Below, piece by piece: positions 49,176 through 57,584 of a stretch of DNA of 57,584 bases. Source of the stretch: an uncultured virus (IMG/VR IMGVR_UViG_3300024297_000002) (lineage: Duplodnaviria; Heunggongvirae; Uroviricota; Caudoviricetes); IMG/VR virus record IMGVR_UViG_3300024297_000002; one strand, 5' to 3'. A model generated the notes under the pieces. The model did not search any database. It was not told the origin of the DNA and saw only the letters and a list, made by a program, of their open reading frames with translations. Each line of letters starts with the position of its first letter. The first letter of the stretch is position 1. A program made the translations under genes and the position numbers.

Positions 49176-49574
49176 TTATAGTTCGTTTATTCCTTCGTTC
49201 ATTCCTTGCTCTAACCCTGTTATTAGACCTGTTAAAATTGCAATACCAAATAATATTGCTAGTATGATAATAGGACTTGCTAACCAAAGATACCAATAGT
49301 GTCTGAGTATTCCTCTGCCTAGTTCTAAACGTTTCTTTCTGTTATCCATAAACCAATGCACAACAAATTTAATAACTCGTTTAAGATTTTTAGAAATAAA
49401 CTTTTTGAACAACCAACGTAATACTCTCATAACAATTAATATTGGAGAACTTAAAACGTCAAATACTATTAAGAATACGTCAACACTCAAGTCGACAATG
49501 TTATCGGCAGTTGCGGCTTTACGAAATCTCTGTCGCAGTGTAGGTTTGGTAGATATTATATCTCTGTCTGCCAT
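49176..49574 (-). CDS. Hypothetical membrane protein
   Basis: Hydrophobic segments; TAATG coupling to the HtrA-like gene. Confidence 0.65.
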   Translation of the reverse strand: MADRDIISTKPTLRQRFRKAATADNIVDLSVDVFLIVFDVLSSPILIVMRVLRWLFKKFISKNLKRVIKFVVHWFMDNRKKRLELGRGILRHYWYLWLASPIIILAILFGIAILTGLITGLEQGMNEGINEL

Positions 49575-50683
49575 TAGTTCTGCTCAGGATCTTTACCAAA
49601 CACTCTTACCTGTGTTGGTTCTGCTTTGCCAAGTACAACGTTATACGTTTTATACTTGCCGTTTCTATAAATTTTTATACTAATAGTATCACCGGGCATC
49701 TTCTTCCAGAGTATTCTAATAACTTGATTAGTAACTTGTACTTTTTCGCCATCAATAGAAACTATTATGTCACCTTGTTTTATACCATATTGCTCTGCCG
49801 CTCCACCTTCTGATAAACCTTTTACTTCTAAATAATGTTCTTTGCCTGAATCTCTTAATTCATAAAACAGATCTTGATCTTCTATTATTCCCATTAGGAT
49901 ACCTATAGATGGTTTTATATGTTTGCCAAATTCAAGTATATGGTTTGCTACTCTTTCAACTAATGCAGTTGGAACCGAATACCCATATCCTACATAATAC
50001 TTTGTCGGCGATATGATTAATGTGTTTACTCCAATTACATCACCTTGCTCATTCAATAAAGGACCTCCGGAGTTACCCGAATTGATAACTGCATCTGTTT
50101 GCAGATAACTTACCCAACTTGATTGTTGATTTGGTCTTGTATCGTATCCTATAATACCTGTTGTCAGTGACCACATTTGTCCTGTGCCATGTCCTAACGC
50201 AAATACTGTGTCACCTATTAATGGATCTTCTGTTGCAAACTTTAATATACCGTGATCAATAGTTGGTGTTGCCGGAAGTTTTAACACGGCAATATCAGAC
50301 TCAACATCAAAGCCTACAACTATTACACCATTAATTTCATAAGGATGTCCCCATGCATAAATTTTAATTGATGTTGCGTTTTGAACTACATGATAATTTG
50401 TAACAATATGTCTTTCATCTATAAAGAATCCTGTACCCATAGCAACCTTTGGTGGGAACAACGGAATTACTTCCGGTTCCGGTGGATCTATATGTAACGG
50501 AGGGGGCAGTGACTCATTACTGTTTGGGCCATTAGGAAACTTTAAAAACGATGTTTGCTCTGTGCTAATCAGTACTACTGATTCAAATGCGTTTTCCCAC
50601 TTCCATTCTCGAGTATCTTCTTGAGCAATAGCAGGAAAAGAAATAGAGATTATTAATATTGCAACAAAAAGTAGTCTTTTCAT
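49574..50683 (-). CDS. htrA: HtrA/DegP-family serine protease with PDZ domain
   Basis: Signal peptide, GTGF, TNYHV, DIAVL, QTDAVINSGNSGGPL, C-terminal PDZ. Confidence 0.92.
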   Translation of the reverse strand: MKRLLFVAILIISISFPAIAQEDTREWKWENAFESVVLISTEQTSFLKFPNGPNSNESLPPPLHIDPPEPEVIPLFPPKVAMGTGFFIDERHIVTNYHVVQNATSIKIYAWGHPYEINGVIVVGFDVESDIAVLKLPATPTIDHGILKFATEDPLIGDTVFALGHGTGQMWSLTTGIIGYDTRPNQQSSWVSYLQTDAVINSGNSGGPLLNEQGDVIGVNTLIISPTKYYVGYGYSVPTALVERVANHILEFGKHIKPSIGILMGIIEDQDLFYELRDSGKEHYLEVKGLSEGGAAEQYGIKQGDIIVSIDGEKVQVTNQVIRILWKKMPGDTISIKIYRNGKYKTYNVVLGKAEPTQVRVFGKDPEQN

Positions 50684-50702
50684 GCAAATATTTATTGTAA
50701 AA

Positions 50703-51473
50703 TTACAGTATTTTTTTGTCGTGTATGAATTGTAGCAGGAGGTCTGCCCATTGGTGATGTCCCTTTTGGGAAGGATGAGCGTCATTAAAAGATTTTCTCA
50801 AACCTTGTTGAGCACAATACTCGAAGTGTGACTGAACATAATCGGTATTGGGTACTGTTACCGTTTCGTTTTTTGTCTTCATTTCGTTGTAAATTTTAAT
50901 GTTTTCTTTAACGTGTTCCGATGTTTCAAAGTTATAGAAACGATCTGTGTCAACGGCACCTTTTAAATTTTTTAAATCTCCGTCGTCGTGCAGTTCATTT
51001 GATAATGCCCAGTACATCAAATAAGGAATGTTATGTAATTTAAAAAAGTCTTGTAGTGTTAAAATATTTGTGTACAGTCTAACTGTTGCCGCCATTTCGA
51101 TATCAATATCTTTGTCACGTGCTATCCATTCGTTTTCCCAAAGTCTCCACGTACCCCACTGATAAGAAAACTTACCTATCTCGTTTGTTCTTTTAACACC
51201 TTTCATTCTATCGTAATCTGTTTTGCCATGGATGTAATCCCACCGTTGTCCAGATGACCAACCGATAGTAACAAAAGTATCTTTGAATCTGTCTGGATTA
51301 TTATAGAACCAATGCATAGTAGTAGTAACCATTCTGTCGTTACCCCTGCCGCCTTTGGCTAATGTTATAGTTGGCAGATTTAAATGTTCACCTAACTTCT
51401 GATGACAATTCATAAATGCTTTGCTAGTACTAAAACTGCAACCGTTACTTAAATGATTTATAATGTTTTTCAC
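50703..51473 (-). CDS. SGNH-like hypothetical protein
   Basis: NGCSF, G.GN, IGWS...R, DAHPS..GH. Confidence 0.6.
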   Translation of the reverse strand: MKNIINHLSNGCSFSTSKAFMNCHQKLGEHLNLPTITLAKGGRGNDRMVTTTMHWFYNNPDRFKDTFVTIGWSSGQRWDYIHGKTDYDRMKGVKRTNEIGKFSYQWGTWRLWENEWIARDKDIDIEMAATVRLYTNILTLQDFFKLHNIPYLMYWALSNELHDDGDLKNLKGAVDTDRFYNFETSEHVKENIKIYNEMKTKNETVTVPNTDYVQSHFEYCAQQGLRKSFNDAHPSQKGHHQWADLLLQFIHDKKIL

Positions 51474-51485
51474 ACTGATATTTAA

Positions 51486-51686
51486 TCAGTTGTAGTCGCC
51501 ATCGAGTTCACATTGAGCACGTATCTTGTGCTGGTGTAAATGCATTGTTTCGGCAAAAGCATTCTGTCTCACAATGCAAGTTTCTGCATCTGGATAATGT
51601 TTTCTGAACCACCCATCCATGTCTAACTGTTCTGCTGTGTACCATTCACCCGCAACGAAAAAATATACGATAAGTGCCCAGTTCAT
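51486..51686 (-). CDS. Small two-Cys hypothetical protein (repeated family)
   Basis: MNWALIVYF...YPDAETC...AQC. Confidence 0.55.
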   Translation of the reverse strand: MNWALIVYFFVAGEWYTAEQLDMDGWFRKHYPDAETCIVRQNAFAETMHLHQHKIRAQCELDGDYN

Positions 51687-51893
51687 TTACATTTCCTCGT
51701 GTATTGGAACACACTTGACTTCTAGTTTTTCCACATGAATCTGATTCATTACCATTGCTGTTGCGATATCTTCGTATTTGATTTTTGCTGTTTCTTCGCA
51801 TATTACTAGTGTTTCATACATTGTTTTTTCGGTCTCTTCCATGAAGATACATCCTTGTCCTATTAAGCACACTAGAGCAACTATTTTGAACAT
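51687..51893 (-). CDS. Small Cys-containing hypothetical protein (repeated family)
   Basis: MFKIVALVC...YETLVIC...VKC; TAAATA 5 nt upstream. Confidence 0.6.
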   Translation of the reverse strand: MFKIVALVCLIGQGCIFMEETEKTMYETLVICEETAKIKYEDIATAMVMNQIHVEKLEVKCVPIHEEM

Positions 51894-51945
51894 ACTAATA
51901 TTTAAAACTGTGTATTCGTTAGTTAAGTGTACATAGAAGTTGTAG

Positions 51946-52022
51946 TGGCGACTTCGGTAGGACTCGAACCTACAACCTACAGATTAGAAGTCTGTTGTTC
52001 TATCCAGTTGAACTACGAAGCC
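51946..52022 (-). tRNA. tRNA-Arg(UCU)
   Basis: ACAGA-CTTCTAA-TCTGT, GCCA end; TTGACA-17-TAATAT promoter at 52082-52110. Confidence 0.96.
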
Positions 52023-52122
52023 ATTGTGACAGTGTGTGGATTGTTTAAGATTGGTTCTCTTTGTTGTTTGCGACTATAACCATATTACTACAGGCAGGAA
52101 AGTCTGTCAATTAAATATTGGT

Positions 52123-52446
52123 ATGAAACTGTCAGGAAATTGGAAAACAGACGGCAAGACAACTGTTAGCGAATCAAACTATTCAGTTGTTGACAACGAA
52201 ACACTGAAAACAATGACTCTGTCAGGAATGACAATCCAACCCAACAGCGACTCATTCAGACACGGACACAAAGGACATGAAGAAATTTATATGTTCGTGC
52301 GAGGCACAGGATCAATGCAACTCAACAATGATTCCAAGTTTGGGGTTGCACCAGGAGACATTGTGTTGATACCGGACGGTACTACACACGAAGTCTGGAA
52401 CACCGGAGGAGAAGAATTATATTTCTTAATGATATATGGAAATTGA
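52123..52446 (+). CDS. Cupin domain protein
   Basis: H.H...EEIY....G.G, GD...IP....H...NTG; start 5 nt after TAAATA. Confidence 0.85.
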   Translation: MKLSGNWKTDGKTTVSESNYSVVDNETLKTMTLSGMTIQPNSDSFRHGHKGHEEIYMFVRGTGSMQLNNDSKFGVAPGDIVLIPDGTTHEVWNTGGEELYFLMIYGN

Positions 52447-53293
52447 CACAGATCACGGAACACTAGAAGCAACCATACCCGATAATCAAAAAGGTGTGGG
52501 TGTTGCAATCAGTGGCGGAATGGATTCCGCTACACTGCTCTATATGTTATGCAGACAGATCAGAGACAGACAACTTGACATTCCTGTATACTGTTACATA
52601 GTTGCATATGATTACGACAGGGGTTCATTGTACAACGGTGGACTTGTTATCAAACATATGCGTAAAGAGTTTCCGGACGTGAAAATTCATGCACAGATGT
52701 TTGTTACAGCAGAAGCAATAGGTAGCATGAAGGCACAGTTCGCAGGTGCCATGTTTCACGAAACGTTGCGTAAAAATAAATGGACGGGGACAGAATTTAG
52801 ATTATGGTTTGGATTGACTTCCAATCCACAGGATGATTCTTTTAAGTTTGAAACTCCTAAAGAATGGTATGTCACGCCCGATGATGCAAGACAACCTGGC
52901 AACATTGACTTAAAAGCAAAACCCAGATACGGTATAGGTGCTTGTCATCCGTTTGTGCTTGTGGACAAAAGAGTTATTGTTCAAGCAGTATGGAAGATGG
53001 ACCTGTGGTACTGCTTTGATACAATCACAAACTCTTGCACTAACATTAAAGAGTATGACTGTGGCAGTTGTTGGTGGTGTCAAGAAAGAGCATGGGCAAC
53101 AAAAATTTCAGTGCCAGAGGAGGATCAGCCTAGAAGTGGCGTACAAAAATTAATTCATTACAGCACACAAATACCTATCAGTAAGTTGTGGAGAGATGGT
53201 GTTGTGTGGACCAAGGAAGGCTACGAGGCCAGAATAAAATTCGAAGAAGAGAATCCTCAGTTTTTTAAAACGTTTGAACAACGAGTATCTTAA
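52436..53293 (+). CDS. QueC-like PP-loop ATPase (paralog 1)
   Basis: SGGMDS PP-loop; PF...DK; SC-x7-CxxCxxC-ER. Confidence 0.75.
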   Translation: MEIDTDHGTLEATIPDNQKGVGVAISGGMDSATLLYMLCRQIRDRQLDIPVYCYIVAYDYDRGSLYNGGLVIKHMRKEFPDVKIHAQMFVTAEAIGSMKAQFAGAMFHETLRKNKWTGTEFRLWFGLTSNPQDDSFKFETPKEWYVTPDDARQPGNIDLKAKPRYGIGACHPFVLVDKRVIVQAVWKMDLWYCFDTITNSCTNIKEYDCGSCWWCQERAWATKISVPEEDQPRSGVQKLIHYSTQIPISKLWRDGVVWTKEGYEARIKFEEENPQFFKTFEQRVS

Positions 53294-54394
53294 ATGATAC
53301 TGACGACCAAACACGGAACAATTGAAGCAACAATTAGTCCTGTCACGAAGGCTGTCATGGTTGCGGTCAGTGGTGGAATGGATTCTGCCGTTCTACTCTA
53401 TATGCTTTGCAAACAGATACGTGATAACAATTTAGGAATACCTGTGTACACCGGCACGGCCTCCTACAACAGTGACAGGGTTGCCACCTTTCATGCTTCG
53501 ATGGTAGTGAAGCATATGAGAAAGGAGTTCCCGGATATAACTATCCACCCGATGTACTGGACAGGGGAAGGCAACGTTGGCGAGATCAAACCACTGTTGG
53601 TTGAAACTATGTACAGCGATATAAGATTAAAAAATGGTTGGACAAAACATCAGTTCAAGTTGTGGTGGGGTGTTACCGGAAATCCAAGTGACGATAGTTT
53701 CAAGTTTGTGGAACCGGAGGGACACTACGTAGTTCCCCGAGAACCAAACCATTCACCTGCAAAGGTTAGGTACGGCTTGGGTTTCGCAAATCCATTTGCG
53801 AGGATAGACAAGAGACTGATTGTTGCCGCACAGATAGAATACGGATTGTTTGAATGTTACACTAGCATAACAAACAGTTGCACGTCTTTAACTGAATACC
53901 AGTGCAACAAGTGTTGGTGGTGCCAGGAACGTGACTGGGCGATAGAACAGGTTGTTCCAAAAGAACTTGTGGCTCCAAAGGATACTGCGCCAATGAGTCA
54001 TTACGACAAATTAGGAATTGATAAAAAATGGAAAGCGGGTGTTAGATGGAACAAGGAAGCATACCTGGAACGACTCAAAATGGAAGAGGAGCATTTGTCT
54101 GCAAGTGATAAACTTGTATGGGCAAAGCGATTTCTGGAGGGGATGGCTAAGGATTGCGGCACACTAGACACCAGCAAATTTAAACTAGGTGTGCGTTATA
54201 TGGAATATTCCATTAAAGAGGACAGGTATTATATAAGTGCCGGCAAGGGCGAAGAAAGAATAGGACCATTACCGACCATAAGGGACTGCTGGCCAATGTT
54301 TGATGATGTCGAGATAGTTGATTGTGCTAACGAAATACAATTGATGCTGGAAACTGGTGTTAACCCTGGGGAGACGTTACCGCCTCCCGCATGA
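53294..54394 (+). CDS. QueC-like PP-loop ATPase (paralog 2) with C-terminal extension
   Basis: SGGMDS; PF...DK; SC-x7-CxxCWWCQER. Confidence 0.75.
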   Translation: MILTTKHGTIEATISPVTKAVMVAVSGGMDSAVLLYMLCKQIRDNNLGIPVYTGTASYNSDRVATFHASMVVKHMRKEFPDITIHPMYWTGEGNVGEIKPLLVETMYSDIRLKNGWTKHQFKLWWGVTGNPSDDSFKFVEPEGHYVVPREPNHSPAKVRYGLGFANPFARIDKRLIVAAQIEYGLFECYTSITNSCTSLTEYQCNKCWWCQERDWAIEQVVPKELVAPKDTAPMSHYDKLGIDKKWKAGVRWNKEAYLERLKMEEEHLSASDKLVWAKRFLEGMAKDCGTLDTSKFKLGVRYMEYSIKEDRYYISAGKGEERIGPLPTIRDCWPMFDDVEIVDCANEIQLMLETGVNPGETLPPPA

Positions 54395-54409
54395 TTAATT
54401 AATCAATAT

Positions 54410-55339
54410 TTAGAAACTAAATTTGAATCCAACAGACATACCGGAGGTATCTGTTGCGTTTGAATTGTCGGCCATTTCATATGCGCCGTACATTTCAAGT
54501 TTTTCTGTGATTGATCTTTTTACACCCACTGTCGTATAGCCGTTGCCATCTTCCACTTTTGCATAACCCAACTGAACTGTTGTGTCATCCATAGTGTGTT
54601 GTGCAACGATTTCGTTTGCGTTCACGTCTGTGGTTGTGTCTTTGGTTGTGTAGTTGTACCCAACCGAAGTGTCATCACTCAATGCAACTGTTACGCCTGC
54701 ACCCATGTAAGTGATGTCGTTGACTTTATCATCAGAATATGCCACACCAACATCTATGCTTTCGCTGATAGATACTGTTGCCGCTGATTCATATACGTCA
54801 ACACCCGACTTACCGGTCGAACCGTCAACTTTGATTTGATTATCAAGTGTCAGTGCGCCAATTGAGTTCGAGTATGTTACTGTGTGTGAATCTCTGCTAA
54901 AAAGTTTTTGAGCCGCTTTTCCACCATACTCAGGAAAAATGTCTGTCTTAGATGTTACAGCATTTTTGAATACAGAGTTTTGTCTACCCGCTGATAGAGT
55001 TCCTGCGTCTCCCATGTCTACACCTGCGTATGCAAGTTTAGAATCAAAAGGGTTAGAGCCTGTGTCGTCGGTGTCTACATCAACTTCTATTGTTGCAAAT
55101 CCTGTTACGCCTTCTGCCAACTCTTCTGAGAAGTTAACACCAATGGAAGAACCGTTGTTCTCTGCCTTTGATGTTGCGTTGCCGTTGCTGTCTTCGTTGT
55201 TAGATATCATGTAGTTCAATGAACCGTAGACATCCATCTCCGCCGCTTCGGCAGGAGCAGGTTTAAACACCCACCCTAGTATTCCCAATGCGACGATAAT
55301 CGCCACACCCAGGCTTACTTTTTTCTTGGTTATTTTCAT
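54410..55339 (-). CDS. Outer-membrane porin (Gram-negative general porin fold)
   Basis: Signal peptide ending AEA, VYG, S.IG....E.L..G, AYAG, alternating beta pattern, C-terminal Phe; AAGGAG SD. Confidence 0.88.
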   Translation of the reverse strand: MKITKKKVSLGVAIIVALGILGWVFKPAPAEAAEMDVYGSLNYMISNNEDSNGNATSKAENNGSSIGVNFSEELAEGVTGFATIEVDVDTDDTGSNPFDSKLAYAGVDMGDAGTLSAGRQNSVFKNAVTSKTDIFPEYGGKAAQKLFSRDSHTVTYSNSIGALTLDNQIKVDGSTGKSGVDVYESAATVSISESIDVGVAYSDDKVNDITYMGAGVTVALSDDTSVGYNYTTKDTTTDVNANEIVAQHTMDDTTVQLGYAKVEDGNGYTTVGVKRSITEKLEMYGAYEMADNSNATDTSGMSVGFKFSF

Positions 55340-55480
55340 TCGTTGTATCTCCTTGTCGATATATTAATGAATATGTGATCACCGGCCGATGATCACTCTG
55401 GATTGTACGACATATTTATCGTAAAATGCAACCTAAAAATGTATGTTCTGGTAATCTAAATTTGCTGTTGCTGGTTTGTA

Positions 55481-55588
55481 CTACTTCTTGTTCAACCAAT
55501 CAGAGAACTGCTGTCCAATGGCCCACAGCATGACACCGTTGAATATGACTGCCAACAGGATCAATGTCAGGAGTATGTGATCGATCAT
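55481..55588 (-). CDS. Small single-TM protein, 35 aa (not in ORF track)
   Basis: MIDHILLTLILLAVIFNGVMLWAIGQQFSDWLNKK*; ATGA overlap. Confidence 0.5.
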   Translation of the reverse strand: MIDHILLTLILLAVIFNGVMLWAIGQQFSDWLNKK

Positions 55589-55827
55589 TTCTTGCTGGAT
55601 CTGGATGCCCACCATTTGTCCAGTACGAAATACCATACACTGTTTGCCAGTGGTTCAACAATGGCATCTGTCATTGCGATACCAAACGAGACATCTGCTA
55701 TCAGCATCAGACAGGTGATCGCGATCACAAAGTGACCGATGGTGTAGATGATGGTTCTGAGTATTGAACCCTTGCTTGCCTTGATGACTCCTATGAATGA
55801 GTCTGTGAATTCACTTATTATTGCCAT
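55585..55827 (-). CDS. DUF2061-like small membrane protein
   Basis: S...TI.Y...H, A..EP..N...Y...D..W; TTGACA-17-TAAAGT upstream. Confidence 0.65.
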   Translation of the reverse strand: MAIISEFTDSFIGVIKASKGSILRTIIYTIGHFVIAITCLMLIADVSFGIAMTDAIVEPLANSVWYFVLDKWWASRSSKK

Positions 55828-55878
55828 GACTTATCTTTTCCTTTTACTTTAGCACGAGTGTTTGACTATGTCAACAGT

Positions 55879-56028
55879 TTAATCGTAACAGTTGTATCTG
55901 CGTACCAGTATCCTGCCCACTCGTTCCCACATTAGTCGCACCCGGACCTGTTCCGCAGTGCGTGGCTCCCTCAATGCTCTTTTGTTGAGAGAATGCTTCA
56001 GTATCCTTAACTGATGTAATTTAATCAT
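55879..56028 (-). CDS. Small basic protein, 49 aa (not in ORF track)
   Basis: MIKLHQLRILKHSLNKRALREPRTAEQVRVRLMWERVGRILVRRYNCYD*. Confidence 0.45.
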   Translation of the reverse strand: MIKLHQLRILKHSLNKRALREPRTAEQVRVRLMWERVGRILVRRYNCYD

Positions 56029-56053
56029 AAAAGAACACACAAATATATATTTG

Positions 56054-57343
56054 TTAAAACAAAAAAGAAAACATTTCTGGATTTACTGTTTTGAGTGTGT
56101 TGCCGCGAATTTTTTCAACTGCTGTTGTGAGTTTTTGGAAATGCTTACGATATTTGGGGTCTTGTGTTTCTGGGAACAGTGCTGGATTCAATTGTTTGCT
56201 ATAAAAGTCACTCCATTGTGCGTGAGGCACTTGAGCAAATCTATTATATATTGTTTCTGCTTGTCTTTTATTAAGCAAGTTACTAAATGCTTGATCGCCT
56301 GTCACTTGATCCGGCCAGTTGGTCGCTGGATCTAATCCTACGTCTTGCATCCACTCATACCATTCATGCCATTTGTTTACTGTGAACACACTGACAGCAG
56401 ACTGAACTTCTAATTGTATTCCGTTGTCTTCTTTGGCTAACTGTACCCATTTCTTAGCATTGTTAGTATATTCATTCCATTTAGTTCCATATCGTACGTA
56501 TTCTGCTAATGCTCCTGTGCTCTCACCAGATATACGCAAGTACACGTTCTTCATACGAGTAAACGATTGTATAATACTGTCTTTTGGAAACAATGAGTTG
56601 TTGGTGTTGATATACAATGATACTTTGGATAGATCACAACGATCTGCCAGTCTTGTAAGGAACTCATCAAATATACGAATCATGAACGGCTCACCACCTT
56701 TTATATAAAGCATACGCAGTTCTGATAGATCGGACAATAGTATTTGCTCCATTATATGATACTCGTTGTCGTGTGTATGATATTCTGAGACTTTGTTCTG
56801 TGCAAAGTATTCTGGCTGATCAGGAAACTCTATGTTCTGTAACTGTTTAGAAGTCTTATTCCATTCTGATGATGAATAAGCATTACAGTACACACATTGG
56901 AAATTGCAAAAGTTAGAGAACATCACATCGAGATGTACTATCTTACCCGGTGCATGACGTTCTGGTACTCGTTGATGTGCTCTGCCACGCAACGATGAGA
57001 ATACTGTTTCACCTACTTTGGATGCATCTATATTAACATAGCCATATGTTTTTTCACGAACACGACATTTAGTACATGGGCCTTTAGCAAGTTTAGGATA
57101 TGTAAAAGTTGAATCTGTATTAACGTCTTCGAGGTAACTGTTTAGTGCATAGTTGTTGTGTCGTTCACGTGATCCATTCTTAAGTTTAGTAACATCAAAG
57201 TAACAACATGGTGTAACTGCAAATGTATCTTTATCAATTGCCGATGATATACATACGCCATTGGTTATGAACGCACATTCTTTATTGTTTAATAAGTGCT
57301 TATGTGGATTCTGGTCTCTGAACTTCTTGCTTATTGTTGGCAT
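56054..57343 (-). CDS. Twitch-domain radical SAM protein
   Basis: N-terminal C...PCC...CTKC; CNFQCVYC..SSS.W; GGEPF; TN; EYVRYG..W. Confidence 0.9.
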   Translation of the reverse strand: MPTISKKFRDQNPHKHLLNNKECAFITNGVCISSAIDKDTFAVTPCCYFDVTKLKNGSRERHNNYALNSYLEDVNTDSTFTYPKLAKGPCTKCRVREKTYGYVNIDASKVGETVFSSLRGRAHQRVPERHAPGKIVHLDVMFSNFCNFQCVYCNAYSSSEWNKTSKQLQNIEFPDQPEYFAQNKVSEYHTHDNEYHIMEQILLSDLSELRMLYIKGGEPFMIRIFDEFLTRLADRCDLSKVSLYINTNNSLFPKDSIIQSFTRMKNVYLRISGESTGALAEYVRYGTKWNEYTNNAKKWVQLAKEDNGIQLEVQSAVSVFTVNKWHEWYEWMQDVGLDPATNWPDQVTGDQAFSNLLNKRQAETIYNRFAQVPHAQWSDFYSKQLNPALFPETQDPKYRKHFQKLTTAVEKIRGNTLKTVNPEMFSFLF

Positions 57344-57497
57344 TTTGTTTATTTACTGTGAATCCTGCTCCCATTACATCTCTTAGGTTATCACGAAAGC
57401 CACGACCGTTGTTATGATCCATTAATGCTATAATGCAACATATAGGAAATGCAGTTATATAAAAGATGGGTATAATGGTCCAATGAATGATCTTCAC
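57300..57497 (-). CDS. Hypothetical membrane protein
   Basis: Hydrophobic N-terminus. Confidence 0.45.
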   Translation of the reverse strand: MKIIHWTIIPIFYITAFPICCIIALMDHNNGRGFRDNLRDVMGAGFTVNKQNANNKQEVQRPEST

Positions 57498-57584
57498 GCA
57501 AATGTACCGTGTATATGCCCTAGCATCAGTGCAATTAGAACGGCAACAACATACAGTCCTATGAGTATCTTCACCATATGTATA

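Noticed and set aside
52036..52122. Longer cupin N-terminus
   Set aside because: Overlaps the tRNA-Arg promoter; TAAATA supports the ATG at 52123
55880..56030. GC-rich ncRNA or riboswitch candidate
   Set aside because: Better explained by a 49-aa minus-strand ORF; no recognisable aptamer
1..57584. Stop-codon reassignment
   Set aside because: Conserved genes are full-length under the standard code and TAA, TAG and TGA all act as stops
1..57584. CRISPR array, DGR/retron reverse transcriptase, integrase or transposase
   Set aside because: No repeat-spacer array and no RT or recombinase motifs seen

Overview
AT-rich segment of a large T4-related myophage genome. Gene order and a miniature DnaE resemble Rak2/GAP32-type jumbo phages; the host is probably an aquatic Gram-negative bacterium (inference). 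Layout: neck/tail genes (gp15, gp14, gp13, dNMP kinase, 1141-aa sheath, tube); head completion and packaging (gp4, TerS-like, TerL); recombination (gp32, UvsX, UvsY); an ~11 kb glycan-modification island; UvsW, mini-DnaE, primase and helicase; then an accessory region with radical SAM proteins, ferredoxin-NADP reductase, five canonical tRNAs, small lipoproteins, ClpP, HtrA, two QueC-like PP-loop ATPases and a porin. The most unusual signals are missing from the ORF track: (1) a non-canonical tRNA-like RNA with its own promoter, followed directly by a second minihelix/pseudoknot-like RNA upstream of clpP; (2) a 26-aa, 9-Cys micro-peptide beside a radical SAM/FNR/degenerate radical SAM cluster; (3) widespread leaderless promoter architecture; (4) a UGGU repeat in a tRNA spacer. 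All calls come from reading motifs by eye; no searches or folding programs were run.
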